The notes beneath the pieces are model-generated. The model saw only the letters and a list, made by a program, of their open reading frames with translations. It ran no database searches and was not told where the DNA came from. The translations under genes and the position numbers were made by a program. Shown piece after piece: positions 16,967 through 25,221 of a stretch of DNA of 29,604 nucleotides (within the stretch, counting starts at the first letter, position 1; each line of letters starts with the position of its first letter). This DNA comes from Candidatus Micrarchaeota archaeon (GTDB lineage: Archaea > Micrarchaeota > Micrarchaeia > Norongarragalinales > SBBD01), in NCBI GenBank assembly GCA_043813365.1, contig JBDRLB010000013.1:1-29604 (forward strand). Direction: 5' to 3'.

Positions 16967-18391
16967 GTGCGCTTTCATGCCTTGATGATGGTTCTCCTTC
17001 TTACCGGTGTTGTTTTTGCCGACGGCGGCGCCTGGATCCTGAAACCGAACGGCTGGACCCTCCATCCCGAGGCGCAGCAATATGCCCTGATAGATTTCAA
17101 CGACGGCTATGAGCGCTTGGGGCTAACGGTCGAATTCGGGGCCACATCCGAGGGAACGAACGCGATTTGGGTCGTACCTGTACCTGCAGACCCCACGAAA
17201 GTGGAAATAAAACTGATAGACGGCTTTCCCGTTCCCTACGGGAGCAGCATCAGCGAGGACGCAAGGAATGCGCTTAATGGCGCATTTCTGGCCGCAGCCG
17301 GATGGGGCACATTCCCGCTAAACATCGCCATCCTTCCATTATTCCTCATTGGGACCATGCGCGGAACCTTGAGTTCGAGTGCAAAAAATGGCATAGAAGG
17401 ATCTTCCTATTATGATGGCATCTCGATTTTCCAGCGCGTTTCCCTTGGAGGCGTGACATCCGACCTCGTAGGTACAAACGACCCTGCGGAGCTCGAGAAT
17501 TACCTCTCTTCCAAGGGTGTAGAGCTCGCGGGCGAATACAAAATGATCCTTGAGGGATATGTTGATAAGGACTATTCCTTCGTCGTCACCTACATTTCCG
17601 ATTGGCAGAAATTCCAGTCCAGCAAGACCAACACGGCCGGATCCACATACCCTGATTATTACGCGAACAGGGTAGCTTACCCTTATGCTGCTTCTACTCC
17701 CATTTCGCTCCGCATCGGATTCCCCTCAACTAAACCATATTTCCCGCTTAAGCTCACCTCCATGTACGGGGACCGCGTGATCCCGATTACCATTTACTTG
17801 ATGGGGAATTATGTGCCCGAAACTTATTCGGGGCTCGCCGGGCTAAAGGCGGATTATTTCCGCAACGGCTATGTGCGCAACTATTATTCTCCAAATCAGG
17901 TTACCGGTGATGTGGAGGAATTCTTCAGGCCCGGAAGGCAGCTGAGCGACCTGGAATATACGAAAATCACGATCAATGAAAAGTCCGTAAATTTCAAGGA
18001 GGACCTCTGGTTTGGCTCCGGCCTGCCATTCTCCTTCACATTGAAGAAGGCCATTGCGGACAACTTCCTTGTTTTGCTCCTCCTGATAATGATAATCGTT
18101 TCCTCCCTTGCAGGCATTATCGCCGGAAGGCTTGCTTTCAAGGATTCCGGGCTGGATGACATGCATTTCGGGCTTTACGGGCTGTACGGCCTTACCACGA
18201 TGTTCGGGTTCCTGATCGCCACGTGGCTCATGAAAACCGCTAGCCTTGACGACAAAACCCGGAAAACGCTCGAGGGCAAAGGCTTCCAGGTTTTCGATAA
18301 CCGGAAGATTATCTACGCGGTGCTGTACTACGTCTTGTTCGTCGTTTTGATAATTGCCCTCTGGGCGGTCGCTGGATGGATATTCGGATGA
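16967..18391 (+). CDS. Secreted, membrane-anchored DUF2330-like protein
   Basis: A GAGGTGA SD precedes GTG 16967. The signal peptide ends VFA|DGG, followed by QYALIDF.DGYERL.L, AIWVVPVPADP, PISL.IGFPS.KPYFPLKLTS and three C-terminal hydrophobic segments. Confidence 0.7.
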   Translation: MRFHALMMVLLLTGVVFADGGAWILKPNGWTLHPEAQQYALIDFNDGYERLGLTVEFGATSEGTNAIWVVPVPADPTKVEIKLIDGFPVPYGSSISEDARNALNGAFLAAAGWGTFPLNIAILPLFLIGTMRGTLSSSAKNGIEGSSYYDGISIFQRVSLGGVTSDLVGTNDPAELENYLSSKGVELAGEYKMILEGYVDKDYSFVVTYISDWQKFQSSKTNTAGSTYPDYYANRVAYPYAASTPISLRIGFPSTKPYFPLKLTSMYGDRVIPITIYLMGNYVPETYSGLAGLKADYFRNGYVRNYYSPNQVTGDVEEFFRPGRQLSDLEYTKITINEKSVNFKEDLWFGSGLPFSFTLKKAIADNFLVLLLLIMIIVSSLAGIIAGRLAFKDSGLDDMHFGLYGLYGLTTMFGFLIATWLMKTASLDDKTRKTLEGKGFQVFDNRKIIYAVLYYVLFVVLIIALWAVAGWIFG

Positions 18392-18417
18392 GAAGGCGCA
18401 AGGCAATTGAAAATGCC

Positions 18418-19452
18418 TCAAGCCATTCCAAACAAGTAGCCTCCAATAACCGAAAGGGCAATGATCATCCCCACATAAAGCAGGGTCTTTTTAGTTCCCA
18501 TTATTCCCCTAACCACAAGTATGCTCGGCAGTGAAATCACCGGATCCGCAAGCAGGTATGCCAAAAGAGGTCCTTTTGCCATTCCCAAAGCAAGAAATGT
18601 TTTTGCCATCGGGACTTCCACGAGTGTAGGGAAATACATGAACACTCCGAAAAGCACCGGCAAACTCAGGGCAAGAAGCGAATTGTCTCCAACGTATTTC
18701 AAAATAAAATCGGAGGGAATAAGCGCGCCGATTATTCCGGCTGCAAACACACCAACAAAAAGCAATGGTGCAATCTTTACAATAAAGCCCCAAGTTTCTT
18801 CCATCCAAGATGCCTTCTCCTCCTTTGAAAAGTATTTTTTAGTTACGCCGTAGGCCAACACAACGAGCACCGCCGTCAGGGCATATTTTGGCATATCTTC
18901 GCTGATTCTCGTTCCAACAAGCAATATCGCCACCAATAACCCGAAAAGGCAAAACAGCCTCTTCCAATCGGTTTTTTCCTTCGTTTTCCTAAACGCATCC
19001 GAATCCTCCTTCCCGTTTTCTTCGGGGAATAGCTTGCCCAATGTTATCCCTATTGTTATTGCAAAAGCAATGGAAAAGCCAATCCTAGCAAGTGCAAAAT
19101 CCCATCCAATCAGGCTGCTTGTGTAAAGGATTGCTAAAATGTTGGTGGCCGGAGCCGTGTAGAGGAAAGCGATTGCCGGCCCCAAACCCGCTCCTCTTTT
19201 CCTGATGCCAGCAAACAAAGGCAATACCGTGCAGGAGCAAACCGCCAGCAGCAGTCCGGTTATAATGGCAATAGGATAGGCTATATGCTTGGGGGATTTT
19301 TTCCCCAAATACGGAAGAAGCGCGTTTTTCGGTATCAGGGCGGACATGGCGCCTGCAATGAAGAACGCCGGAACCAAGCAAAATAAAGTGTGCAGGAGCA
19401 AGTAGCTATAAAGCGCACCAAACCCGGCGGATAAAAGCGAATAATAGTCCAT
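18418..19452 (-). CDS. ArsP/DUF318 family permease
   Basis: H.LFCLVPAFFIAGA, LLAVCSCTVLPLFAGIRKRGAGLGPAIAFLY.APATN, MYFPTLVEVP and GPLLAYLLA.P..SLPS. Confidence 0.92.
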   Translation of the reverse strand: MDYYSLLSAGFGALYSYLLLHTLFCLVPAFFIAGAMSALIPKNALLPYLGKKSPKHIAYPIAIITGLLLAVCSCTVLPLFAGIRKRGAGLGPAIAFLYTAPATNILAILYTSSLIGWDFALARIGFSIAFAITIGITLGKLFPEENGKEDSDAFRKTKEKTDWKRLFCLFGLLVAILLVGTRISEDMPKYALTAVLVVLAYGVTKKYFSKEEKASWMEETWGFIVKIAPLLFVGVFAAGIIGALIPSDFILKYVGDNSLLALSLPVLFGVFMYFPTLVEVPMAKTFLALGMAKGPLLAYLLADPVISLPSILVVRGIMGTKKTLLYVGMIIALSVIGGYLFGMA

Positions 19453-19464
19453 TTTTCCACCGAA

Positions 19465-19698
19465 TCATTTTTTCAAAAGTGCAATAATTTCCTCGGTTTC
19501 CAATACTTTCCCCTGGCTGACTATTTTGCCATTAATCGCAAGCGAAGGAGTCGAAATTACGCCCGCGTCAACCATCTTGTTGACGTCGAACACATGCCCG
19601 ATTTCCGCCTTGATTCCGCTTTTTTCAACCGCATCCTTGACGTGATTTTCGAGTGTCAGGCACCTTCTGCATCCGGGACCATATATCTGAATTTTCAT
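19465..19698 (-). CDS. Small redox-active disulfide protein (MTH895/ArsE-like thioredoxin family)
   Basis: MKIQIYGPGCRRC...GVISTPSLAINGKIVSQGKV. Start at ATG 19698; GTG 19707 is an alternative. Confidence 0.92.
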   Translation of the reverse strand: MKIQIYGPGCRRCLTLENHVKDAVEKSGIKAEIGHVFDVNKMVDAGVISTPSLAINGKIVSQGKVLETEEIIALLKK

Positions 19699-19700
19699 TC

Positions 19701-19949
19701 CTACCACCGCGAAATATCTGATAAAACCGATTTGCCTCTTGCAGAAATAGAATATAGCCGCCTAACCCCTTCTTTTTTCATCACTACCAAATCCGCTTCC
19801 GCCAATACCTTGAGATGCTGCGAAACCGCCGGCTGGGATACTTTGGCTTTTTTTGGGAGTTCGCAGGCGCAAATCCTTTTTTTACCGATTTCTTGCAGCA
19901 GAAATATCCTTGTGGGGTCCGAAAGGGCTTTCAGGACAATGTGGTTCAT
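19701..19949 (-). CDS. arsR: ArsR/SmtB family metalloregulator
   Basis: KALSDPTRI.LL, ICACEL (alpha3 Cys-X-Cys site) and SQPAVSQHLKVL..A.LV...KEG....YSI. Confidence 0.93.
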   Translation of the reverse strand: MNHIVLKALSDPTRIFLLQEIGKKRICACELPKKAKVSQPAVSQHLKVLAEADLVVMKKEGVRRLYSISARGKSVLSDISRW

Positions 19950-19950
19950 A

Positions 19951-19970
19951 ATATAAGTAACTGCTTATAT
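19951..19970. promoter_or_regulatory. Candidate ArsR operator (7-6-7 inverted repeat)
   Basis: ATATAAG-TAACTG-CTTATAT has perfect 7-bp arms and lies immediately upstream of the arsR ATG (19949). Confidence 0.75.
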
Positions 19971-20031
19971 ATTAATAAAAGAACAGGCAAGCGCAACCAT
20001 CAGTTCATTCAGCCGCGCTTTGCGGGAGAAC

Positions 20032-20430
20032 TCAATTCCTTTTCTCAAACGCATCGAATTTTTCTATTTCCCTGCGCATCTGCGCTATTCCTTTGGGCAA
20101 TGGTTCGAAGAATTCCGGCCTTTCTGGCTTCTTTGCGTAAAATTTCCCCAATTCCCCAACCGCATCCCCACTGGCCTTCAATTTCTGCATCAACTCCCTC
20201 GCCAGCTTTTCAAGGTGGGTGAATTCATGGGATTGCAGGAAATCATGGAAGGATTCCGAGAGTTCAGTCAAATTCCCAAGCAGCCGCTTTTCCTCCGGCC
20301 CTATTTGCAGCTTTTCCTTGTACCTGAGCTCCCTTACCTTTATCTCGTAATACATCATCGCTGCAAGCGGCCGTAAAAGCTCCTGCTTGAACAACTTCCT
20401 CCTCTCCAAAATGCGCTCGTGTTTTTTCAT
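20032..20430 (-). CDS. Hypothetical alpha-helical protein (132 aa)
   Basis: ATG-initiated ORF rich in charged and helix-favouring residues, lying between arsR and tRNA-Glu. No family recognised. Confidence 0.65.
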   Translation of the reverse strand: MKKHERILERRKLFKQELLRPLAAMMYYEIKVRELRYKEKLQIGPEEKRLLGNLTELSESFHDFLQSHEFTHLEKLARELMQKLKASGDAVGELGKFYAKKPERPEFFEPLPKGIAQMRREIEKFDAFEKRN

Positions 20431-20493
20431 TTTAATCCTCGGGATTATGCATCAGAAACTAGAACTATCCTAAAACTTAATAATTTGAAGGCA

Positions 20494-20568
20494 TGCTCCA
20501 AACGGGATTCGAACCCGTGTCCAAGGCTCGAGAAGCCTTTATCCTTGACCGGACTAGACGATTGGAGC
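20494..20568 (-). tRNA. tRNA-Glu (anticodon CTC)
   Basis: Hand-folded reverse complement: acceptor GCTCCAA/TTGGAGC with discriminator A, anticodon arm AAGGC-TTCTCGA-GCCTT, T arm ACGGG-TTCGAAT-CCCGT. No encoded CCA and no intron. Confidence 0.96.
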
Positions 20569-20644
20569 TTAAGAGGTAACATTTTTACCTCCGCAGGTTT
20601 ATAATTATTCGTGGGGTAGGGATTAGGCGGGCTGATGATGCTTT

Positions 20645-21175
20645 ATGGCAATTTACACCAAAACAGGGGACAACGGCGAAACCTCCTTCTTCGGAGGGAA
20701 ACGAATAATGAAGAGCGACCTTCGCATCTGCGTCTATGGTGAATTGGATGAGCTCAACTCCATTTTGGGCATGGTCAGGGGGTGCAGCAAGCATTCCGAG
20801 CTCAATCCGCTCCTTAAAACGCTGCAGGAGGATCTTTTCATCGTGGGAGCGGACATAGCCGCGGAGCACGCAAAAATAGGGCGCACAAGCGCAAAAATGG
20901 TCGAGAGGCTTGAGAAGGAAATCGACGGGCTGGAGGAAAAGCTGCCTCCATTGAACAATTTCATCCTTCCAACTGGAACGCAAGCAGCATCAACATTGCA
21001 CTTCGCAAGGTCCGTTTGCAGGAGGACGGAAAGGCGCCTCATAGAGCTCCACCAAAAGGAGCAGATGAACCCTGAAATATTGCAATATGTTAACCGTTTG
21101 TCGGACCTGCTGTTCGTCATGGCGAGAACTGCAAACCGGTTGGATGGGCATAAGGAGGAAGTATGGAAGCAGTAA
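20645..21175 (+). CDS. pduO: ATP:cob(I)alamin adenosyltransferase, PduO/MMAB type
   Basis: IYTKTGDNGET, YGELDELNS, NFILPTG, LHFARSVCRRTERR and YVNRLSDLLFVMAR. Confidence 0.96.
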   Translation: MAIYTKTGDNGETSFFGGKRIMKSDLRICVYGELDELNSILGMVRGCSKHSELNPLLKTLQEDLFIVGADIAAEHAKIGRTSAKMVERLEKEIDGLEEKLPPLNNFILPTGTQAASTLHFARSVCRRTERRLIELHQKEQMNPEILQYVNRLSDLLFVMARTANRLDGHKEEVWKQ

Positions 21176-21291
21176 TCGGACTGTTTTTATAGCTGATTTC
21201 TTGTAATTATTGTCCTTTCTAGAAGGCTGCAAAGCAGACTTCGAGAAATTTTCTTTTAGTGAAGTTTTTCTTTTTAAAAAAGAAAAAGTTT

Positions 21292-21376
21292 GCAGGGGTA
21301 GCAAAGCCTGGTCAAATGCGTCAGATTCAGGGTCTGATCTCTTAGGAGTTCAAGGGTTCAAATCCCTTCCCCTGCA
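21292..21376 (+). tRNA. tRNA-Leu (anticodon CAG)
   Basis: Acceptor GCAGGGG/CCCCTGC with discriminator A, anticodon arm TCAGA-TTCAGGG-TCTGA, a long variable arm, and T arm AAGGG-TTCAAAT-CCCTT. No encoded CCA. Confidence 0.96.
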
Positions 21377-21525
21377 TTTGCGTCGGGGAGATATTTATCC
21401 ATTGCCCAAATTAGACGTCCCCACTGTTTTTATTGGAGTTTTAACCCACAATAAAAAAGTTTAAAACAACCCGCTCCCTTAGGGAAAACGTCCAAGCCGG
21501 AAATTCAAACAAAACGGGCGATTAG

Positions 21526-23100
21526 ATGGAAATTCTCAATCTCTGGAAGGAGGCGTTGCTGAATCCGAAGGAAACCTTTGCCCGCCAGAAACGCAACTCT
21601 TCAATTGGAAAAGCATTGAAGCACCTTGCAATCGCGCTCATAATTGCCGCAATTCTCCTCTTCCTATTTTCAATGTTCTTCCTACCAATAATGCCGGGCA
21701 TATCCACTTTTGCCAATCCGATTTTATTGCCCTTCATCGCCTTGTTTTTCATACTGTTATTCGAGGGAGCGATTTGGTTTATTTCCCGCGGCTTGGGGGG
21801 CAGGGCGAACTTTGGCCAGCAATTCTACTTGAGTGCGCTGTTCCTCGCACCCCTATGGATTATCGGCATGGTTCCACTGATTAATTTGCTTGCATTCCTT
21901 TACGCAATCTACCTTTTTTGGGTGCTGATCTGCGATGTACATGGGCTGGACGGCACGCGGGCAGGAATTGCACTTGCTGTTCCGGTTGTTATCGCCATTT
22001 CATCAATGGCTTTGTCCCTGCCAGGAACTGGATATCTCGTGCCAGTGGCGCCTGCTCCGGAGGGAGCACTTCCGAGCATGCCCGCTACATCAATAATTGG
22101 CTCTCCCTCTACCTTGCCCGGCGAACCATCAGGAATTCCCACAATTACTGCAACTGCATCCGTTCCAGCAACTGTGCCCGTAAACGGCCCCACCTCACCC
22201 TACATCTGGGTTAGCGGCTACGACGGTTCACATCGCACCATTAGCAAATTATTGCGTTCCGATGGCAGCATAGTTGGCACCTACCCCGTCGGGATCGGGC
22301 CAAGGGCGATTGCAATCGACCCTTCAGGAAATGTTTGGGTCGCGAATTCCGGCGAGGAGGAAAACAACGTAATAAAGCTTGATGGCAGCACCGGCGGTTT
22401 GCTTGGCACCTTCCCAGTTGGTTTTGATCCCGAGGGAATAGCAATAGATGGTTCCGGCAATGTGTGGGTTACCAACCGCGGCGATGATTCGGTGACAAAA
22501 CTGGACAATTCGGGCAAGCAGATTGGCACTTACGGCACGGGCGGAAGGGCGCCTTGGGGGATTGCAATAGATCAAAATAACGACATCTGGGTTGCAAATA
22601 CGTACGCGCCCCAATCCGTATCAAAGCTCGATGGAAAAACCGGTGAACTCGTCCATAATACCCCCATGAACGCGCCTTCCTTGGTTGCAGTGGATTCTCG
22701 GGGCAATGTGTGGGTCTCATCCGGGTATTTATTCAAACTCGACAATGATGGCAATATCATCGGAAATGAATCCGGTTATTATGCATACAATGCCGGCGTT
22801 CTGGCAATTGACAAGGAGGATAACGTCTGGGCAGCCAGCAAGGACGCCATCATAAAATTATCCCCGGAGGGCGATAGGCTGGGCACGTATGCTGCTGGAA
22901 TCGGAGCTACCGGCATTGCCGTTGATGAAGACGGTTTCATCTGGGTTGTAAGTGGTGCGGCTGGAGGCGTATTGAAACTCAGCCCCGATGGGGCACTTGT
23001 AGGAAAGTATACTGATCCGAATGTGCAGCCATATGCGGGCACCATCAGCATTGGCGACATGACGGGATTTGCACTGAAGCATTTTGTAATGGCCCGCTAA
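21526..23100 (+). CDS. Yip1-like membrane domain fused through a Pro/Ser/Thr linker to a 7-blade NHL/Vgb-like beta-propeller
   Basis: N-terminus WKEALLNPKETF...SIGKAL...ISRGLGGRANF....YL.A...LY.IYL....I..VHGL...RA is Yip1-like with about 5 TM. Seven blades, most with IAID..GNVWVAN, and a C-terminal GDMTGFAL. Confidence 0.85.
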   Translation: MEILNLWKEALLNPKETFARQKRNSSIGKALKHLAIALIIAAILLFLFSMFFLPIMPGISTFANPILLPFIALFFILLFEGAIWFISRGLGGRANFGQQFYLSALFLAPLWIIGMVPLINLLAFLYAIYLFWVLICDVHGLDGTRAGIALAVPVVIAISSMALSLPGTGYLVPVAPAPEGALPSMPATSIIGSPSTLPGEPSGIPTITATASVPATVPVNGPTSPYIWVSGYDGSHRTISKLLRSDGSIVGTYPVGIGPRAIAIDPSGNVWVANSGEEENNVIKLDGSTGGLLGTFPVGFDPEGIAIDGSGNVWVTNRGDDSVTKLDNSGKQIGTYGTGGRAPWGIAIDQNNDIWVANTYAPQSVSKLDGKTGELVHNTPMNAPSLVAVDSRGNVWVSSGYLFKLDNDGNIIGNESGYYAYNAGVLAIDKEDNVWAASKDAIIKLSPEGDRLGTYAAGIGATGIAVDEDGFIWVVSGAAGGVLKLSPDGALVGKYTDPNVQPYAGTISIGDMTGFALKHFVMAR

Positions 23101-23222
23101 CCCTGTCGCTCGTGCATTGGGCACTGACCTTCAATTAGCAATGCGCTTTCTTTTTTGTTGCAGCATCATGGGCAAAGCTAGGGGCGAATGATAAAGCGCT
23201 AAATTGCCGTTTTAAGGCACTA

Positions 23223-23414
23223 TTAGACTTTCTTCACATTCTTTGCACGAAGGCCGCGTTCGGTCGTCTCGACTTCGTACTCGACTTCGTCGCCTATAGC
23301 GAGTGCCGCACCGCCTTCAATAGCGGATGTGTGCACATACACGTCCTTGCCGTCATCGCCCGTGATGAATCCGAAACCACGGTCGGTGTTGAACATCTTC
23401 ACTTTTCCTTTCAT
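23223..23414 (-). CDS. csp: Cold-shock domain protein (63 aa)
   Basis: MKGKVKMFNTDRGFGFITGDDGKDVYVHTSAI contains RNP1 and RNP2. A GGTGA SD precedes ATG 23414. Confidence 0.95.
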   Translation of the reverse strand: MKGKVKMFNTDRGFGFITGDDGKDVYVHTSAIEGGAALAIGDEVEYEVETTERGLRAKNVKKV

Positions 23415-23804
23415 TCTATCACCAATTTTACGTGTTCCATTTAGTAGTGCAAAGTTTATAATGTTGTATTCTTGGCCGCCTTGGCCAAAAACTGCCCCAA
23501 AATGGTTATTTTCAATGGGCGGAACATAGCACACCAGCTGAACATCGTATTTCCCATCAAATATTTTTTCCAGTATTCATGCCGGCAATTCACAACCAAT
23601 CCCATTGGTTTTATTTCGCAGACCATTCTGTTCCCAATTGTTCCGGCATTGCCAAACCTCTAAAAAAAATTCCCAAATGCCCCGAAGCACCCCCTACCCC
23701 CCAAAGGGCGTCCTGTATCGTAAACTGTTTTCCTTGGGGAAATGCCCATTTTTATATACCTATGTGGTATATTGTATATCAAATCCACCTAAAAAGGCAG
23801 TTTT

Positions 23805-24578
23805 ATGGCAGTCCGCAAGCCAAAGGCAGGAGTCCCAAAAATCGAGGGTTTCGAACGCGTAAAATACCATGGTTTAGTTACTTCGGGTTTGCCTGCAAGG
23901 GCATATGCCGCGTACTTCGGGAAGCCGAAAAGGATAATCGATGCATACAAAATCCTATATATGCGGGAGAAGCAAACCTCCGCAAACACCGGCAGGATTT
24001 CAAATATCACTTCCCAATTGGTGAATGCTAATTACCTGGATTTGTACAAAGTGGAAAGCTCCAATTGGCCCCTCCTTACATCAAACCTGCTGCCCTTGTT
24101 TGAGCAGTTTGAACTGCGGAAAATAAGGCTGAATGAAGGGGACCGAAAAACCCTGCAGGCCGCATTGGTGCCGAATTTCGATTCGGGGCTGAGGTTCGGA
24201 ATCAATGAAGAGGAGGCATTTGGGAAGGAGGAGTTCAAACCACCTATTCTGAAGATGCAGACATACTTGAATTCAGCAGCATCCCTTGCGCTGATATCCC
24301 TGTTCAAGCAAGGCGCTCCGGAATTCAAGGAGGAACGCGAGCTTCTTCGGAGAATCAAGGAGAAGGCGTACGGCGCTACCGGAAAGGCCGGGGAAGAGGA
24401 GGCATTTTCCATAGGCGACATGGCGAACTTTGCAAGCGACATGGTGCTGAAAACGCGGGTGGGCATAAAAGAAGGGGAGGCCGTCCGCAACCTGATGCTT
24501 TTCAAGATCATCCGCTTCAACCATGATGAGCTAGTTGTGAAAAAGATGGAGGAAGAGGTAACGCTCCTGTTCGAATAG
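23805..24578 (+). CDS. Hypothetical protein (257 aa), possible N-terminal winged helix
   Basis: Long ATG-initiated ORF with a TATA-like TTTTTATATA at about 23749-23758. The HTH call is only a guess. Confidence 0.7.
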   Translation: MAVRKPKAGVPKIEGFERVKYHGLVTSGLPARAYAAYFGKPKRIIDAYKILYMREKQTSANTGRISNITSQLVNANYLDLYKVESSNWPLLTSNLLPLFEQFELRKIRLNEGDRKTLQAALVPNFDSGLRFGINEEEAFGKEEFKPPILKMQTYLNSAASLALISLFKQGAPEFKEERELLRRIKEKAYGATGKAGEEEAFSIGDMANFASDMVLKTRVGIKEGEAVRNLMLFKIIRFNHDELVVKKMEEEVTLLFE

Positions 24579-24583
24579 CAACA

Positions 24584-24964
24584 CTATTCCGTCATGGTGT
24601 GCTGCATGTACATCCCCGCAGCAAGCGGGAACACGAATTTGAATGCACTCATCAGCCATGTTGAGATGTCAAGGAAGTGGTCGACCCCCCTTCCATAGAA
24701 TATCGAGAATACGAGTATTTCCAGCGCCAGTGATTCCAAGAACCAGACGGATGCAAGTTCCAGCCCCTCCACTTCGTATTGCGCATGTATTTCCTTCAGG
24801 TATTCCAGGGCGGCAATAATGGTTATGATCACGGAAACAGGAATCATCAGCAACCCGGTATCCGGAATTTGCATGAACTGCTGCCATCTAAGCATACCGC
24901 CAATAATGGCTATTGAAAACCAGACCGCAGCGCCGAAAACGAGCGCTTTCTGCAAAGTTACCAT
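24584..24964 (-). CDS. Hypothetical 4-TM membrane protein
   Basis: Four hydrophobic segments. Start at ATG 24964 (MVTLQKAL); GTG 24973 is an alternative. Confidence 0.75.
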   Translation of the reverse strand: MVTLQKALVFGAAVWFSIAIIGGMLRWQQFMQIPDTGLLMIPVSVIITIIAALEYLKEIHAQYEVEGLELASVWFLESLALEILVFSIFYGRGVDHFLDISTWLMSAFKFVFPLAAGMYMQHTMTE

Positions 24965-25020
24965 TTGACCCACAAATAGAAGTAGGGGAGACTGGTATAA
25001 AATAACGCCGAATCAGCTTC

Positions 25021-25137
25021 CTATTCGTGCACGTGCTTCTCCAACGGCTTGCCCTCCAATCTGCACCCTTTCGTTCCGCAATCCTTTGCAATTGGGGAGA
25101 TGCCTCCGCAAGCGAGGCAACGGTAATCTGTTTTCAT
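25021..25137 (-). CDS. 38-aa Cys4 (zinc-ribbon-like) microprotein
   Basis: Hand-translated as MKTDYRCLACGGISPIAKDCGTKGCRLEGKPLEKHVHE*, with CxxC and CxxxxC. GAGCGTGA (SD-like) lies 5 nt before the ATG. It is co-oriented with both neighbours and too short for the ORF track. Confidence 0.6.
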   Translation of the reverse strand: MKTDYRCLACGGISPIAKDCGTKGCRLEGKPLEKHVHE

Positions 25138-25221
25138 GTAAATCACGCTCTAAAGCAGTGTGAATAACATGCCGGAAGGACGGAATAAATAGGTATGGTT
25201 TAAAACGAACAAAGAGCTGGA

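Noticed and set aside
14414..20568. Integrated island attached to the 3' end of tRNA-Glu
   Set aside because: There is no integrase, and I could not find a duplicated tRNA 3' end (only an 8-nt TGCTCCAA match near 13823). The accessory-type gene content alone is insufficient.
22200..23000. Recurring GCAAT(C/A)GA...GGCAATGTGTGGGT motifs as a CRISPR-like or DNA repeat array
   Set aside because: They are degenerate, in frame and correspond to protein propeller blades, not identical repeats with spacers.
23223..23414. Csp with Met in place of the usual Trp (KMFN versus KWFN)
   Set aside because: It is a single substitution with RNP1 and RNP2 intact, not enough to claim an altered function.
23458..23626. 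Short minus-strand ORF MVCEIKPMGLVVNCRHEYWKKY... upstream of csp
   Set aside because: It has no clear SD, motif or family resemblance and cannot be distinguished from a chance ORF.
25101..25119. Hairpin TGCCTC-CGCAAGC-GAGGCA as an ncRNA or terminator
   Set aside because: It is short, has no U-tract, and is better explained as the CLACGG codons of the 38-aa microprotein.
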